Shown here: in pieces, positions 31,609 to 39,323 of the stretch
Numbering within the stretch: the first letter of the stretch is position 1
Layout: every line of letters begins with the position of its first letter
Assembly: GCA_964615815.1 (NCBI GenBank)
Contig: CAZTQV010000013.1
Coordinates: 50,359-114,358, forward strand
Source: an uncultured Phycisphaeraceae bacterium
Lineage (GTDB): Bacteria > Planctomycetota > Phycisphaerae > Phycisphaerales > UBA1924
DNA: 64,000 nucleotides
Direction of reading: 5' to 3'
The notes under the pieces: model-generated
The model's database searches: none
Seen by the model: the letters and a program-made list of their open reading frames with translations, nothing else
Told to the model about the DNA's origin: nothing
Position numbers and translations under genes: made by a program

Positions 31609-32280
31609 ATGTCGTTCCGTCTTGCCCTCCTTGCCGTCGCCGGCGCCGCCACCGCCGCGTCCGCCAGCATCGCCATCGACTCCTTCTCCGACGGCTTCCT
31701 CGACGACTCCGTCCGCACCAACTCCACCGTCATGCTCCCCGCCACCGGCGCCATCGGCGGCATGCGCATGGTCTCCTGGGAAATCGTCTCCAACCCCCAG
31801 AACACCCGCCTCAGCATCTCCACCGCCTTCGATTCCCCCGGCCTCTCCGTCGATATGGGCGCCGGCAACGCCTCCATCATCAACCTCGGCTATGGCGGGC
31901 TCGACGCCGCCGCCCTCAACCTCAACGCCGCCTCCCAGACCGACATCGTCTTCGACTTCGCCACCATCGACCTCTCCCTCGACCTCACCGTCACCCTCAT
32001 CACCTCCGACGGCATGGGCGGCGTCGCCGGCTCGGCCTCGACCGTCGTCGACCTCCCCGCCGGCGTCAACCAGTCCTTCAGCGTCTCCCTCGCCTCGCTC
32101 GCCGTCTCCGGTGCCTTCGACGCCGCCGACATCGACGCCATCGAGATCGCCTTCAACGACCGCGACCGCCTCGCCAACCGCGACTTCTACCTGAACAATG
32201 TCGTCTTCATCCCCGCCCCGGGCGTCCTCGCCCTCGCCGGCCTCTCGGGCCTCATCGTCGCCCGCCGCCGGACCCGCTGA
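31609..32280 (+). CDS. Third PEP-CTERM-like (PxPG variant) secreted protein.
   Basis: RBS GAGAGTGAGG. Signal peptide MSFRLALLAVAGAATAASA. C-terminus VFIPAPGVLALAGLSGLIVARRRTR. Confidence 0.7.
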   Translation: MSFRLALLAVAGAATAASASIAIDSFSDGFLDDSVRTNSTVMLPATGAIGGMRMVSWEIVSNPQNTRLSISTAFDSPGLSVDMGAGNASIINLGYGGLDAAALNLNAASQTDIVFDFATIDLSLDLTVTLITSDGMGGVAGSASTVVDLPAGVNQSFSVSLASLAVSGAFDAADIDAIEIAFNDRDRLANRDFYLNNVVFIPAPGVLALAGLSGLIVARRRTR

Positions 32281-32342
32281 CTCCACCGGGGCCCAGAGCC
32301 CCGTCTCGCCGGCCGTTCTCCTCCAGCCGGACTTGCTCGTCG

Positions 32343-32375
32343 CCCGCCGCGGACACCCTCGGCGGGTTCTTTTTT
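32343..32375 (+). terminator. Rho-independent terminator downstream of 31609..32280.
   Basis: CCCGCCG - 10-nt loop - CGGCGGG stem followed by TTCTTTTTT. A T-run like this is rare in this GC-rich window. Confidence 0.55.
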
Positions 32376-32489
32376 GCCTGAGCCCCGCCCTCAACCCCGC
32401 GGGCCGCACCCTCCGCCAGCCAAACGGGTACGCTGATCCACGGTCCGCCGCGACGGGACGAGGGGCCGATACCGAATCACCGGGCGGGC

Positions 32490-34178
32490 GTGACCGATCG
32501 CTCCCACTTTCGCTCACCCGTCATGCCGGGCCTGCTGATGTCCACCCTCCAGCTCAGACTGACCTCCGGCCGCGGCCGACCCATCAAGCTCGGCAAGGAG
32601 CCGATCTCCATCGGCCGCCACCCCGACAACCGCCTCCGCGTCAAGGACGACCTCGCCTCCCGCCACCACTGCATCATCGAGCCCGCCCCCGATGTCGGCC
32701 CTGGCTGCTACCGCCTCAAGGACCTCCAGAGCCGCAACGGCACCAAGCTCAACGGCATGAAGGTCACCGAGAGCGTCCTCTCCGTGGGCGATGTCATCCG
32801 CATCGGCGCCATCGAGTTCGCCGTCGAAGAGCGCGGCTCCGAGAACGGCCCGAGCCTCTCCAGCAAGCGCAAGGTCTCCGTCGACGGCGTCCCCAACGCC
32901 GACACCCCCTGGGTCCAGGAGATCCAGGAAATCCTCGACGCCTTCGCCAGCCGAGGCACAGACGACGAAAGCCCCGTCCTCATCGACGCCCGGGGGCAGG
33001 ACACCAAGGCCATCGCCGGCTCCGGCGAGGGCCCACGCGCCCTGCGAGACCTCCTCCGCGTCGCCAGCCGCACCACCGCCACCGACATCCATGTCGAGCC
33101 CAAGACCGACGCGGTTCATGTCCGCATGCGCGTCGACGGGCAGATGGTCTGGATCACCGAGCTCCCCTCCCGCGTGGGCGAGCTGCTCATGGGCGTCCTC
33201 AAGACCGCCTGCCACATGCAGGCCGCCGCCCGCGACGCCATACAGGAGGGCCACTTCTCCTGCCGCTTCGCCAACCGCCGCGTCGAGTACCGCGTCAGCT
33301 TCACACCGTCGGTCTACGGCCAGAAGCTCGTCGTCCGCGTCCTCGACCAGCGGGGCGTCCCCACCAGCATCGAGGACCTGGGCCTCGTGCCCTACATGAC
33401 CGAGAAGATCAAGAAGGTCACCAACCTCGACGCCGGCATGCTCCTCGTCTGCGGGCCCACCGGATCCGGCAAGACCACCACACTCTACAACTGCCTCCGC
33501 GAGATCGACCGCGACGCGCGCAATGTCATCACCATCGAGGACCCCGTCGAGTACCAGCTCGAGGGCGTCACCCAGATGCCCGTCGACGACGGCCGCGGCA
33601 ACACCTTCCACTCCATGCTCCGCTCCGTCCTCCGACAGGACCCCGATGTCATCCTGCTGGGCGAGATCCGAGACGACGAGACCGCCCGCACCGCCATGCA
33701 GGCCGCCATGACGGGCCACCTCGTCTTCTCGACCGTCCACGCCAAGGACACCGTCGCCGCGATCTTCCGACTGCTCGACCTCCGCGTCGAGCCCTACCTC
33801 GTCGCCAACTCCGTCTCCCTCGTCCTCGCCCAGCGCCTCGTCCGCACCCTCTGCCCCCATTGCAAGACCGAGGTCCCCGTCCCCCCGGGCCTCGCCGGCC
33901 GCATGGGCCGCTACGGCAAGGGCGTCACGAAGTCCTACGCCCCCGTCGGCTGCAAGAACTGCCTGAAAACCGGCTTCCGAGGCCGCGAAGCCCTCTTCGA
34001 GCTCCTCGATGTCTCCGACGACCTCCGCGACATCATCCTCTCCAACCCCAACATCCAGGCGATGAAGAAGATCATCAACGAGGGCCAGTTCACCACCCTC
34101 GCCGAGTTCGGCTGGAAACTCGTCGCCGAGGGCCACACCAGCGTCGAAGAAGTCGACCGCGTCGCCGGCGGCAAGTGA
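32490..34178 (+). CDS. FHA-domain-fused GspE/PilB-type secretion ATPase (type II secretion / type IV pilus family).
   Basis: N-terminal FHA domain (ISIGRHPDNRLRVKDDLASRHHCII...LQSRNGTKLNG). Walker A GPTGSGKTT. Asp-box and His-box blocks typical of GspE. C-terminal tetra-Cys CPHC...C..C. The real start is probably MPGLL or MSTLQL, 30-50 nt inside the track ORF. Confidence 0.85.
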   Translation: MTDRSHFRSPVMPGLLMSTLQLRLTSGRGRPIKLGKEPISIGRHPDNRLRVKDDLASRHHCIIEPAPDVGPGCYRLKDLQSRNGTKLNGMKVTESVLSVGDVIRIGAIEFAVEERGSENGPSLSSKRKVSVDGVPNADTPWVQEIQEILDAFASRGTDDESPVLIDARGQDTKAIAGSGEGPRALRDLLRVASRTTATDIHVEPKTDAVHVRMRVDGQMVWITELPSRVGELLMGVLKTACHMQAAARDAIQEGHFSCRFANRRVEYRVSFTPSVYGQKLVVRVLDQRGVPTSIEDLGLVPYMTEKIKKVTNLDAGMLLVCGPTGSGKTTTLYNCLREIDRDARNVITIEDPVEYQLEGVTQMPVDDGRGNTFHSMLRSVLRQDPDVILLGEIRDDETARTAMQAAMTGHLVFSTVHAKDTVAAIFRLLDLRVEPYLVANSVSLVLAQRLVRTLCPHCKTEVPVPPGLAGRMGRYGKGVTKSYAPVGCKNCLKTGFRGREALFELLDVSDDLRDIILSNPNIQAMKKIINEGQFTTLAEFGWKLVAEGHTSVEEVDRVAGGK

Positions 34179-34323
34179 CCCTCGTGTGAAGTCCCGATTC
34201 TGAAGTCACATCTAGATTGCCCAGTGTCGCACCACGCGCCCCTTCCGCTTCTAAACGGGAAGCCATCGGTCCCGTCCCGGACGCGTCGTCCGTGTCGGCA
34301 CCGATCAACGGAAGAGAAGAACC

Positions 34324-35199
34324 ATGTGGCCATCCCGCGCTCTCGCCGCATCCGCGGCGCTCGCTGTCGTTCCATCGCTCGCCGCTGCCCAGGGAGGGAC
34401 CATCCCGTCGGTCCAAGGCGACCGCGATGTTTGCATCCAGGGCTGCTACGCGGCGTTTGTCCCCGGCACGCCCGCGTTCGAGGAGTGCATCGCCCTGTGC
34501 AACCTTGACTTTGTGGTGGACCTGACCGCTGTGCTCGATCAGGACTTCGGCATCCGTCCACCCATCCCGTGGCTGTTCCGCGCCGACCCGCCCTGGGCGA
34601 ACGGCGTGCCCGGCTATCTGCTCGACCCCACACCGACGCCGATGATCCCCGTCGATCCGGACTTCGCCGTGCTCGGTCTCGGCGCGTTCGACCTCAACGC
34701 GGCCCGCGCAGGCGACCTCACGCTCTCGGATATCTTCGGTCCCGGCGCGACGCCGTTTCTTCAGATCGTCCCCGCCACCCAGGCCGGCTGGACCAGCGTC
34801 CGCATGGAACTGGACGACTTCAACGGCAAGGTCACCGATGTCCCCGAGCAGGACATCGCTCCGGACGACTTCGGCCAGTACCTCCGCATCGACCTCACGC
34901 AGAGCCTTCAGGACTATCCCGATGCTCAGCCCGTCGCCGTCCGCATCGAGGCCGAGTCGCCGAGCTTCGTGAACAACGACAACCCCAGCGGCGTGATCAT
35001 CATCATCGGCACCATCCTGCCCACACAGGCCGCCGCCGCCGACCTCGCGTCACCGATCGGCCTGCTCACCTTCGCCGACATCTCCGAGTTCCTCGCGAAG
35101 TTCACCAACGAAGATGGCCTCGCCGATCTCGTCGACCCGTTCGGCGCCTTCACTTTTGCCGACATCAGCGCGTTCCTGAGCGCGTTCAACGACGGATGA
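34324..35199 (+). CDS. Secreted protein of unknown function ending in the tandem FADIS C-terminal module.
   Basis: Signal peptide MWPSRALAASAALAVVPSLAAA. C-terminus LASPIGLLTFADISEFLAKFTNEDGLADLVDPFGAFTFADISAFLSAFNDG. Confidence 0.7.
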   Translation: MWPSRALAASAALAVVPSLAAAQGGTIPSVQGDRDVCIQGCYAAFVPGTPAFEECIALCNLDFVVDLTAVLDQDFGIRPPIPWLFRADPPWANGVPGYLLDPTPTPMIPVDPDFAVLGLGAFDLNAARAGDLTLSDIFGPGATPFLQIVPATQAGWTSVRMELDDFNGKVTDVPEQDIAPDDFGQYLRIDLTQSLQDYPDAQPVAVRIEAESPSFVNNDNPSGVIIIIGTILPTQAAAADLASPIGLLTFADISEFLAKFTNEDGLADLVDPFGAFTFADISAFLSAFNDG

Positions 35200-35236
35200 T
35201 CACGGCCGGCCAGCCCAGAAGCGGGCCGGCCGGCCT

Positions 35237-37792
35237 TTACCCGCGCAGCACACTCACCACAACACGCGCGAGTTCGCGCCAACCGAGCACGCGCGACCCT
35301 AGCTTCGCACGCGCCGCGCCGAGCGCGAAGGCGTGCTCCCACTGGCGGTACAGGACGCCGTACGCCCAGCGCGTCGAGCGCTTCGGGTCGTACAGGTTGG
35401 TCGCCTCACTGGTCATGCCGTTGAGCTCGATCACGCTGAAATCGCCTGATTTCAAGGCACTTTCGCTCGTCGCCCGCACATCGAAGCGCCCGAAATCGTG
35501 CGGCTCCCCGTTCGGCCCGCGGAAGTTCCGCGACAGCTCATCGACCGCGGCCTCGAGCTCCGGCGTGATCAGGTCGGCACCGTCCTCGAAGAGGCAGCCC
35601 TTGATGTGGTTGCCGGTTTCGGTGAGCCGCACGCGTTCGCCGGCGCTTGGGACCCAGTTGTCGAAGCGGGTGCCGAAGCGTAAGGCGTGCGTGGGCAGTT
35701 GTTTGCGGTAGCGGGGGTGGCGTTCGACGAGGGTTCGAAGTGTCGCCTTGCCGTCGCCGGTGACCTCGGGGAGGGTCTTGCGGGTGATCGCGAAGATGAA
35801 GCCTTGGGGGGCCGCGGCGGAATCTTCGCAACCGACGGTGTCGAGCCTTCGTATCCAAAAAATGCCCGTTTCGACGGGGCCGGGGTGGTATTCCTGGAGC
35901 ATCGCGGGGGCGGGGATGCGGTGGAAGGCTTGGTCGAGTTCGTCGTCGGTGCGCACGAGCGTCACATCGCGGCCGCGCTCGCCGGCGTCGGGCTTGACGA
36001 TGATCGGGAAGCTACCGAGATCGTGCGCACGGGTGTCCGAGTCGTGCGCGCGCCGCATGCACGCGCGCGCACGATCGGCACGGAATCCGGGGTTCTCGTG
36101 TGGGTCGATGACGACATGCGGCAGGACCCGCGGATCGTCCCCGAGCCCGCGCAGCATGCCCGATTTGGACTCGCCGCGGAGCCCCTCGGCGGGCCCGACG
36201 CCCGGGTTGGCGGCGGTCCAGATCAAGGGCGACTTATATCGTATTGACAAGCGGATGATCTGCGGGAGCAGAGGGACATACATAATGTACGAAGGCCACC
36301 ATTCGTGGTGGAGCCACTTGCTTATGTTGGTCCTCAGGCGGATGCGGCCCGTGCGGGTGGGCAGGGCGCGGGTGATCCGCAGCGCGATGATCGAGAGCAC
36401 GAGGTAGGCGAGCCAGCCGAAGCCGTTGGCGGCGTCCGCGAGCGGGGTCGAGAAGATCGCCTGCGCGATCGCGAGGGCGGCGGCGGTCCAGAGGAGGTCG
36501 GTGAAGACGCGGCCGACGGCGCGGAGGCGGCCGGGGCGGGACCACGCGCTCTTCGGCGTCAGGCGGCGGGCGATGAGGACGGCGAGGTAGGCGACGGCGA
36601 AGTCGAGGCTGAGGCTCGCGATGAGCCAGCCGAGGATCGCGCTCGTTGTTTCGGGGCGGTGGCGGGCACAGAGCGCGGCGATGGGGACGACGGCCCACCA
36701 GGGCCAGTCGCGGGCGCTGCGGGCGATGGCGTCGAGGATGGCGAGGGGGCCCGTGTGCTGCGGCACGGGGTCGAGGTCGGCGGCGTAGGTCTGGGGCGCG
36801 ATGCCGGGCGTGTCGTGGCGCTCGAAGAAGGGCGTGAGGATGGCGACGGTCTCGCGCGGCTGGAGGAAGGGGAAGAAGTGGCTGTACGGCGTCATGCAGA
36901 GGCGGCTGGTGGGGATGATCTCTTGGTGGCGCTCGGCGGCCCAGTCGGCGACGAGGAAGTCGTGTCGGCCGTGGAGGATGAGGGTCGGCGTGTCGAGGCT
37001 GGCCATGATGGCCCGCAGCGGCCGCTGGTCGGTGTCGAGGAAGTTTCGGATGAAGGCGTGGCGGAGCTCGCGCGGGCCCAGGAGGCCGAAGTGGGGGATG
37101 GCTTCGGGCAGGGCGGCGAGTGCGGCGTATCCGGCGGCGTACTTGAGCTTCTCGAAGTAGAAGGAGCCGGAGCCTTCGGTTTCCTCGGCGCCGATGGAGC
37201 CGAGCATGGTGAGGGAGGCGACGCGCTCGGGCTCGAGCTCGATCATGTGCAGCGCGACGCCCCCGCCCATGGACCAGCCGAGGGCGTGGACGCGGTCGAT
37301 GCCGAGGTGGTCGAGGAGGGCGAGTGTGTATCGGGCGTGGGCGCGGATGGAGTAGTCGGGGATCCAGGGGTCGGAGTGTCCGAAGCCCGGGAGGTCGAGG
37401 GTGAGGGTGTCGTAGCCGGCGGCGTTCAGGAGGGGGGCGACGAGGTCGAAGTTGTCGATCGAGCCGGGGGAGCCGGGGGGGCGGGGGGCGGGGGGGGGGC
37501 GATCAGCCGGGTCGCTTACGCTCGGGGCTCCATGGGAGAAGCGGTCGTTGTTTCCCTCGCTTGCGCTTCGGGCTCGTTGGGAGGCGTTCGTTGCCTTGCG
37601 GTGGTCGTAGGCGATGGTGATGGGGGGGTGGTTTGGGAGTTCGCCTTTGGCGCTGTAGGCGGAGACTTTGGTGGTGGGGTAGGGGGAGGGTGTGGGGGTG
37701 GCGCTGCGCGTGGTGAGGTGGGAGAGCGCGAGGAGGAGGGCGTAGGCGACGGCGGCGATGGTGAGCGGGATGCGCCGGCGGGTGCGTGTCAT
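35237..37792 (-). CDS. Fusion protein: signal anchor, alpha/beta hydrolase, polytopic membrane segment, C-terminal ATP-grasp-like domain.
   Basis: Nucleophile elbow GWSMGG and the HGRHDFLV block indicate a hydrolase fold. 4-5 hydrophobic helices lie in the WPWWAVVPIAAL...LVLSIIALRI region. C-terminal ATP-grasp hallmarks: FPIIVKPDAGERGRDVTLV and VIELNGMTSEATN. A G7-C-G6-C-G10 homopolymer region at 37475..37499 lies inside the coding sequence. Confidence 0.65.
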   Translation of the reverse strand: MTRTRRRIPLTIAAVAYALLLALSHLTTRSATPTPSPYPTTKVSAYSAKGELPNHPPITIAYDHRKATNASQRARSASEGNNDRFSHGAPSVSDPADRPPPAPRPPGSPGSIDNFDLVAPLLNAAGYDTLTLDLPGFGHSDPWIPDYSIRAHARYTLALLDHLGIDRVHALGWSMGGGVALHMIELEPERVASLTMLGSIGAEETEGSGSFYFEKLKYAAGYAALAALPEAIPHFGLLGPRELRHAFIRNFLDTDQRPLRAIMASLDTPTLILHGRHDFLVADWAAERHQEIIPTSRLCMTPYSHFFPFLQPRETVAILTPFFERHDTPGIAPQTYAADLDPVPQHTGPLAILDAIARSARDWPWWAVVPIAALCARHRPETTSAILGWLIASLSLDFAVAYLAVLIARRLTPKSAWSRPGRLRAVGRVFTDLLWTAAALAIAQAIFSTPLADAANGFGWLAYLVLSIIALRITRALPTRTGRIRLRTNISKWLHHEWWPSYIMYVPLLPQIIRLSIRYKSPLIWTAANPGVGPAEGLRGESKSGMLRGLGDDPRVLPHVVIDPHENPGFRADRARACMRRAHDSDTRAHDLGSFPIIVKPDAGERGRDVTLVRTDDELDQAFHRIPAPAMLQEYHPGPVETGIFWIRRLDTVGCEDSAAAPQGFIFAITRKTLPEVTGDGKATLRTLVERHPRYRKQLPTHALRFGTRFDNWVPSAGERVRLTETGNHIKGCLFEDGADLITPELEAAVDELSRNFRGPNGEPHDFGRFDVRATSESALKSGDFSVIELNGMTSEATNLYDPKRSTRWAYGVLYRQWEHAFALGAARAKLGSRVLGWRELARVVVSVLRG

Positions 37793-37817
37793 CGGTCAGC
37801 GTGTGGCGTCGGGCCGG

Positions 37818-39236
37818 TCACAGGGAGAAGGTGTGCATGGCGTCCGCCTCGGGGCGGATGCGGTCGGCGGCGCTGGGTCTCGGGCGGAGGACCTTGGTCT
37901 GGAAGTCGTCGACGAGGACCTCGGCTGGTGTGGGGGCGTCGGCGAGGGGGGCGAGGGTGTCGCGGGCGTAGCCGCCGGCGAGGCTGATGCCAAGGGCGTC
38001 GCCGACGCGGACGGGGGGCATGAGCCGGCCCTCGGCGAGGGCGTCTCTGGCGGAGTAGGAGGGGCCGACGACATCGGACCACTGCATGCCGCGGGTGTCC
38101 ATGCGTTCGACGCCGGGCTTGGGGGGCTCGAGGTCGGGCGGGACGGAGATGGGCCAGACGGCGACGAGGCCTTGGCGTGTGGAGGGTCGTCTGCCCGGTG
38201 AGACGCCGGCGTCGGTGAGGACGATGACGCGGTCCTCGGCGGGCTTGATGTCGCGGACGCCGACGAGGAGGTGTCCGGCGGCGGCGGCGATGGCTCGGCC
38301 CGGCTCGACGATGAACGCGATGTCCTCGGCCTCGCCCTTGGGCCAGTCCTTGATGAGGGGCGCGAGGGCGGCGGCGTAGTCCTCGGGCGAGGGGGTGTCG
38401 GCGGGGGCCTCGTCGTCGGTGCGGCGGGGGCGGGGGCTCGGGGCGAAGCCTCCGCCGAAGTCGACGAGGTCGATGGAGTGTCCGGCGCGGGCGAGCTGGC
38501 CCGCGGTGTGGCGGAGGCGTTTGACGCCGGCGGCGAAGCGGTCGGGGGAGATGATGCCCGGGCCGAGGTGCATGTGGAGGCCCGTGAGGCGGAGGCGGGA
38601 GTCGTCGCGGTAGCGGTTGAAGAGCTCGAGCGCGAGGGCGAGGGGGAGGCCGAACTTGCCGGTGGGCGCGGGGGGCGCTTCGGGGTTGGCGGTGAGGTCG
38701 TCGAAGGCGTCGAGCTCGGGGTCGAGGCGGAGGGCGACGCGGCAGGAGATGCGCAGGCCGCCTGCGATGCGGGCGATGCGTTCGAGCTCGTCCTCGGATT
38801 CGGCGACGAGTCGGCCGACGGGTCCTCGGTAGTAGGGGGGCTTCTGGTCGACGGTGGCGCCGGCCTGGAAGAGTGGCGAGTAGAGGCCGTCGAGTGCGGA
38901 GCGGATGTCCTCGTCGGTCTTGCCGGGGCCGGCGAAGAGGACCTTGTTGAAGGGCGTGGTGGAGAGCCAGGCGCGTTCGAGTTCGACGCCGCTGGTGGCG
39001 GTCATGCCGGCGCCGGCCTTGGCGAGTATGCGGAGGCAGCCGATGACGGGGCAGGCGCGGAGGGCGAAGTGGACGCGGCAGTTGAGCGGGCTGAAGGCGT
39101 CCTCGAAGCGTTGGTAGCCGGCGCGGAAGGCGGCGGCGGAGTAGACGAGGGTGGGGGTGCCGTGGCGGTTGACGATGTCTGCGGCGCGGACATTCTCGCA
39201 GTAGAGCTCGCCCTGGCGGTAGGAGAAGTGGTCCAC
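37818..39236 (-). CDS. Diaminopimelate-decarboxylase-like protein (PLP fold III) with degenerate active-site motifs. Probably non-catalytic.
   Basis: Aligns to the LysA family (GTPTLVYSAAAFRAGYQRF, DFGGGF, EPGRAI), but the PLP-lysine motif FAxKAC reads HFALRAC, the HIGSQ motif reads HLGPG, and the CESGD motif reads YSARD. Confidence 0.75.
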   Translation of the reverse strand: MDHFSYRQGELYCENVRAADIVNRHGTPTLVYSAAAFRAGYQRFEDAFSPLNCRVHFALRACPVIGCLRILAKAGAGMTATSGVELERAWLSTTPFNKVLFAGPGKTDEDIRSALDGLYSPLFQAGATVDQKPPYYRGPVGRLVAESEDELERIARIAGGLRISCRVALRLDPELDAFDDLTANPEAPPAPTGKFGLPLALALELFNRYRDDSRLRLTGLHMHLGPGIISPDRFAAGVKRLRHTAGQLARAGHSIDLVDFGGGFAPSPRPRRTDDEAPADTPSPEDYAAALAPLIKDWPKGEAEDIAFIVEPGRAIAAAAGHLLVGVRDIKPAEDRVIVLTDAGVSPGRRPSTRQGLVAVWPISVPPDLEPPKPGVERMDTRGMQWSDVVGPSYSARDALAEGRLMPPVRVGDALGISLAGGYARDTLAPLADAPTPAEVLVDDFQTKVLRPRPSAADRIRPEADAMHTFSL

Positions 39237-39323
39237 GGGGGGATGGTAACCGGGGGAGGCGGGGGAGGCGTGTAGAGGGGGGGAGCGGCAAACGGCAGAC
39301 GGCAGACGGCAGACGGGATTCGT

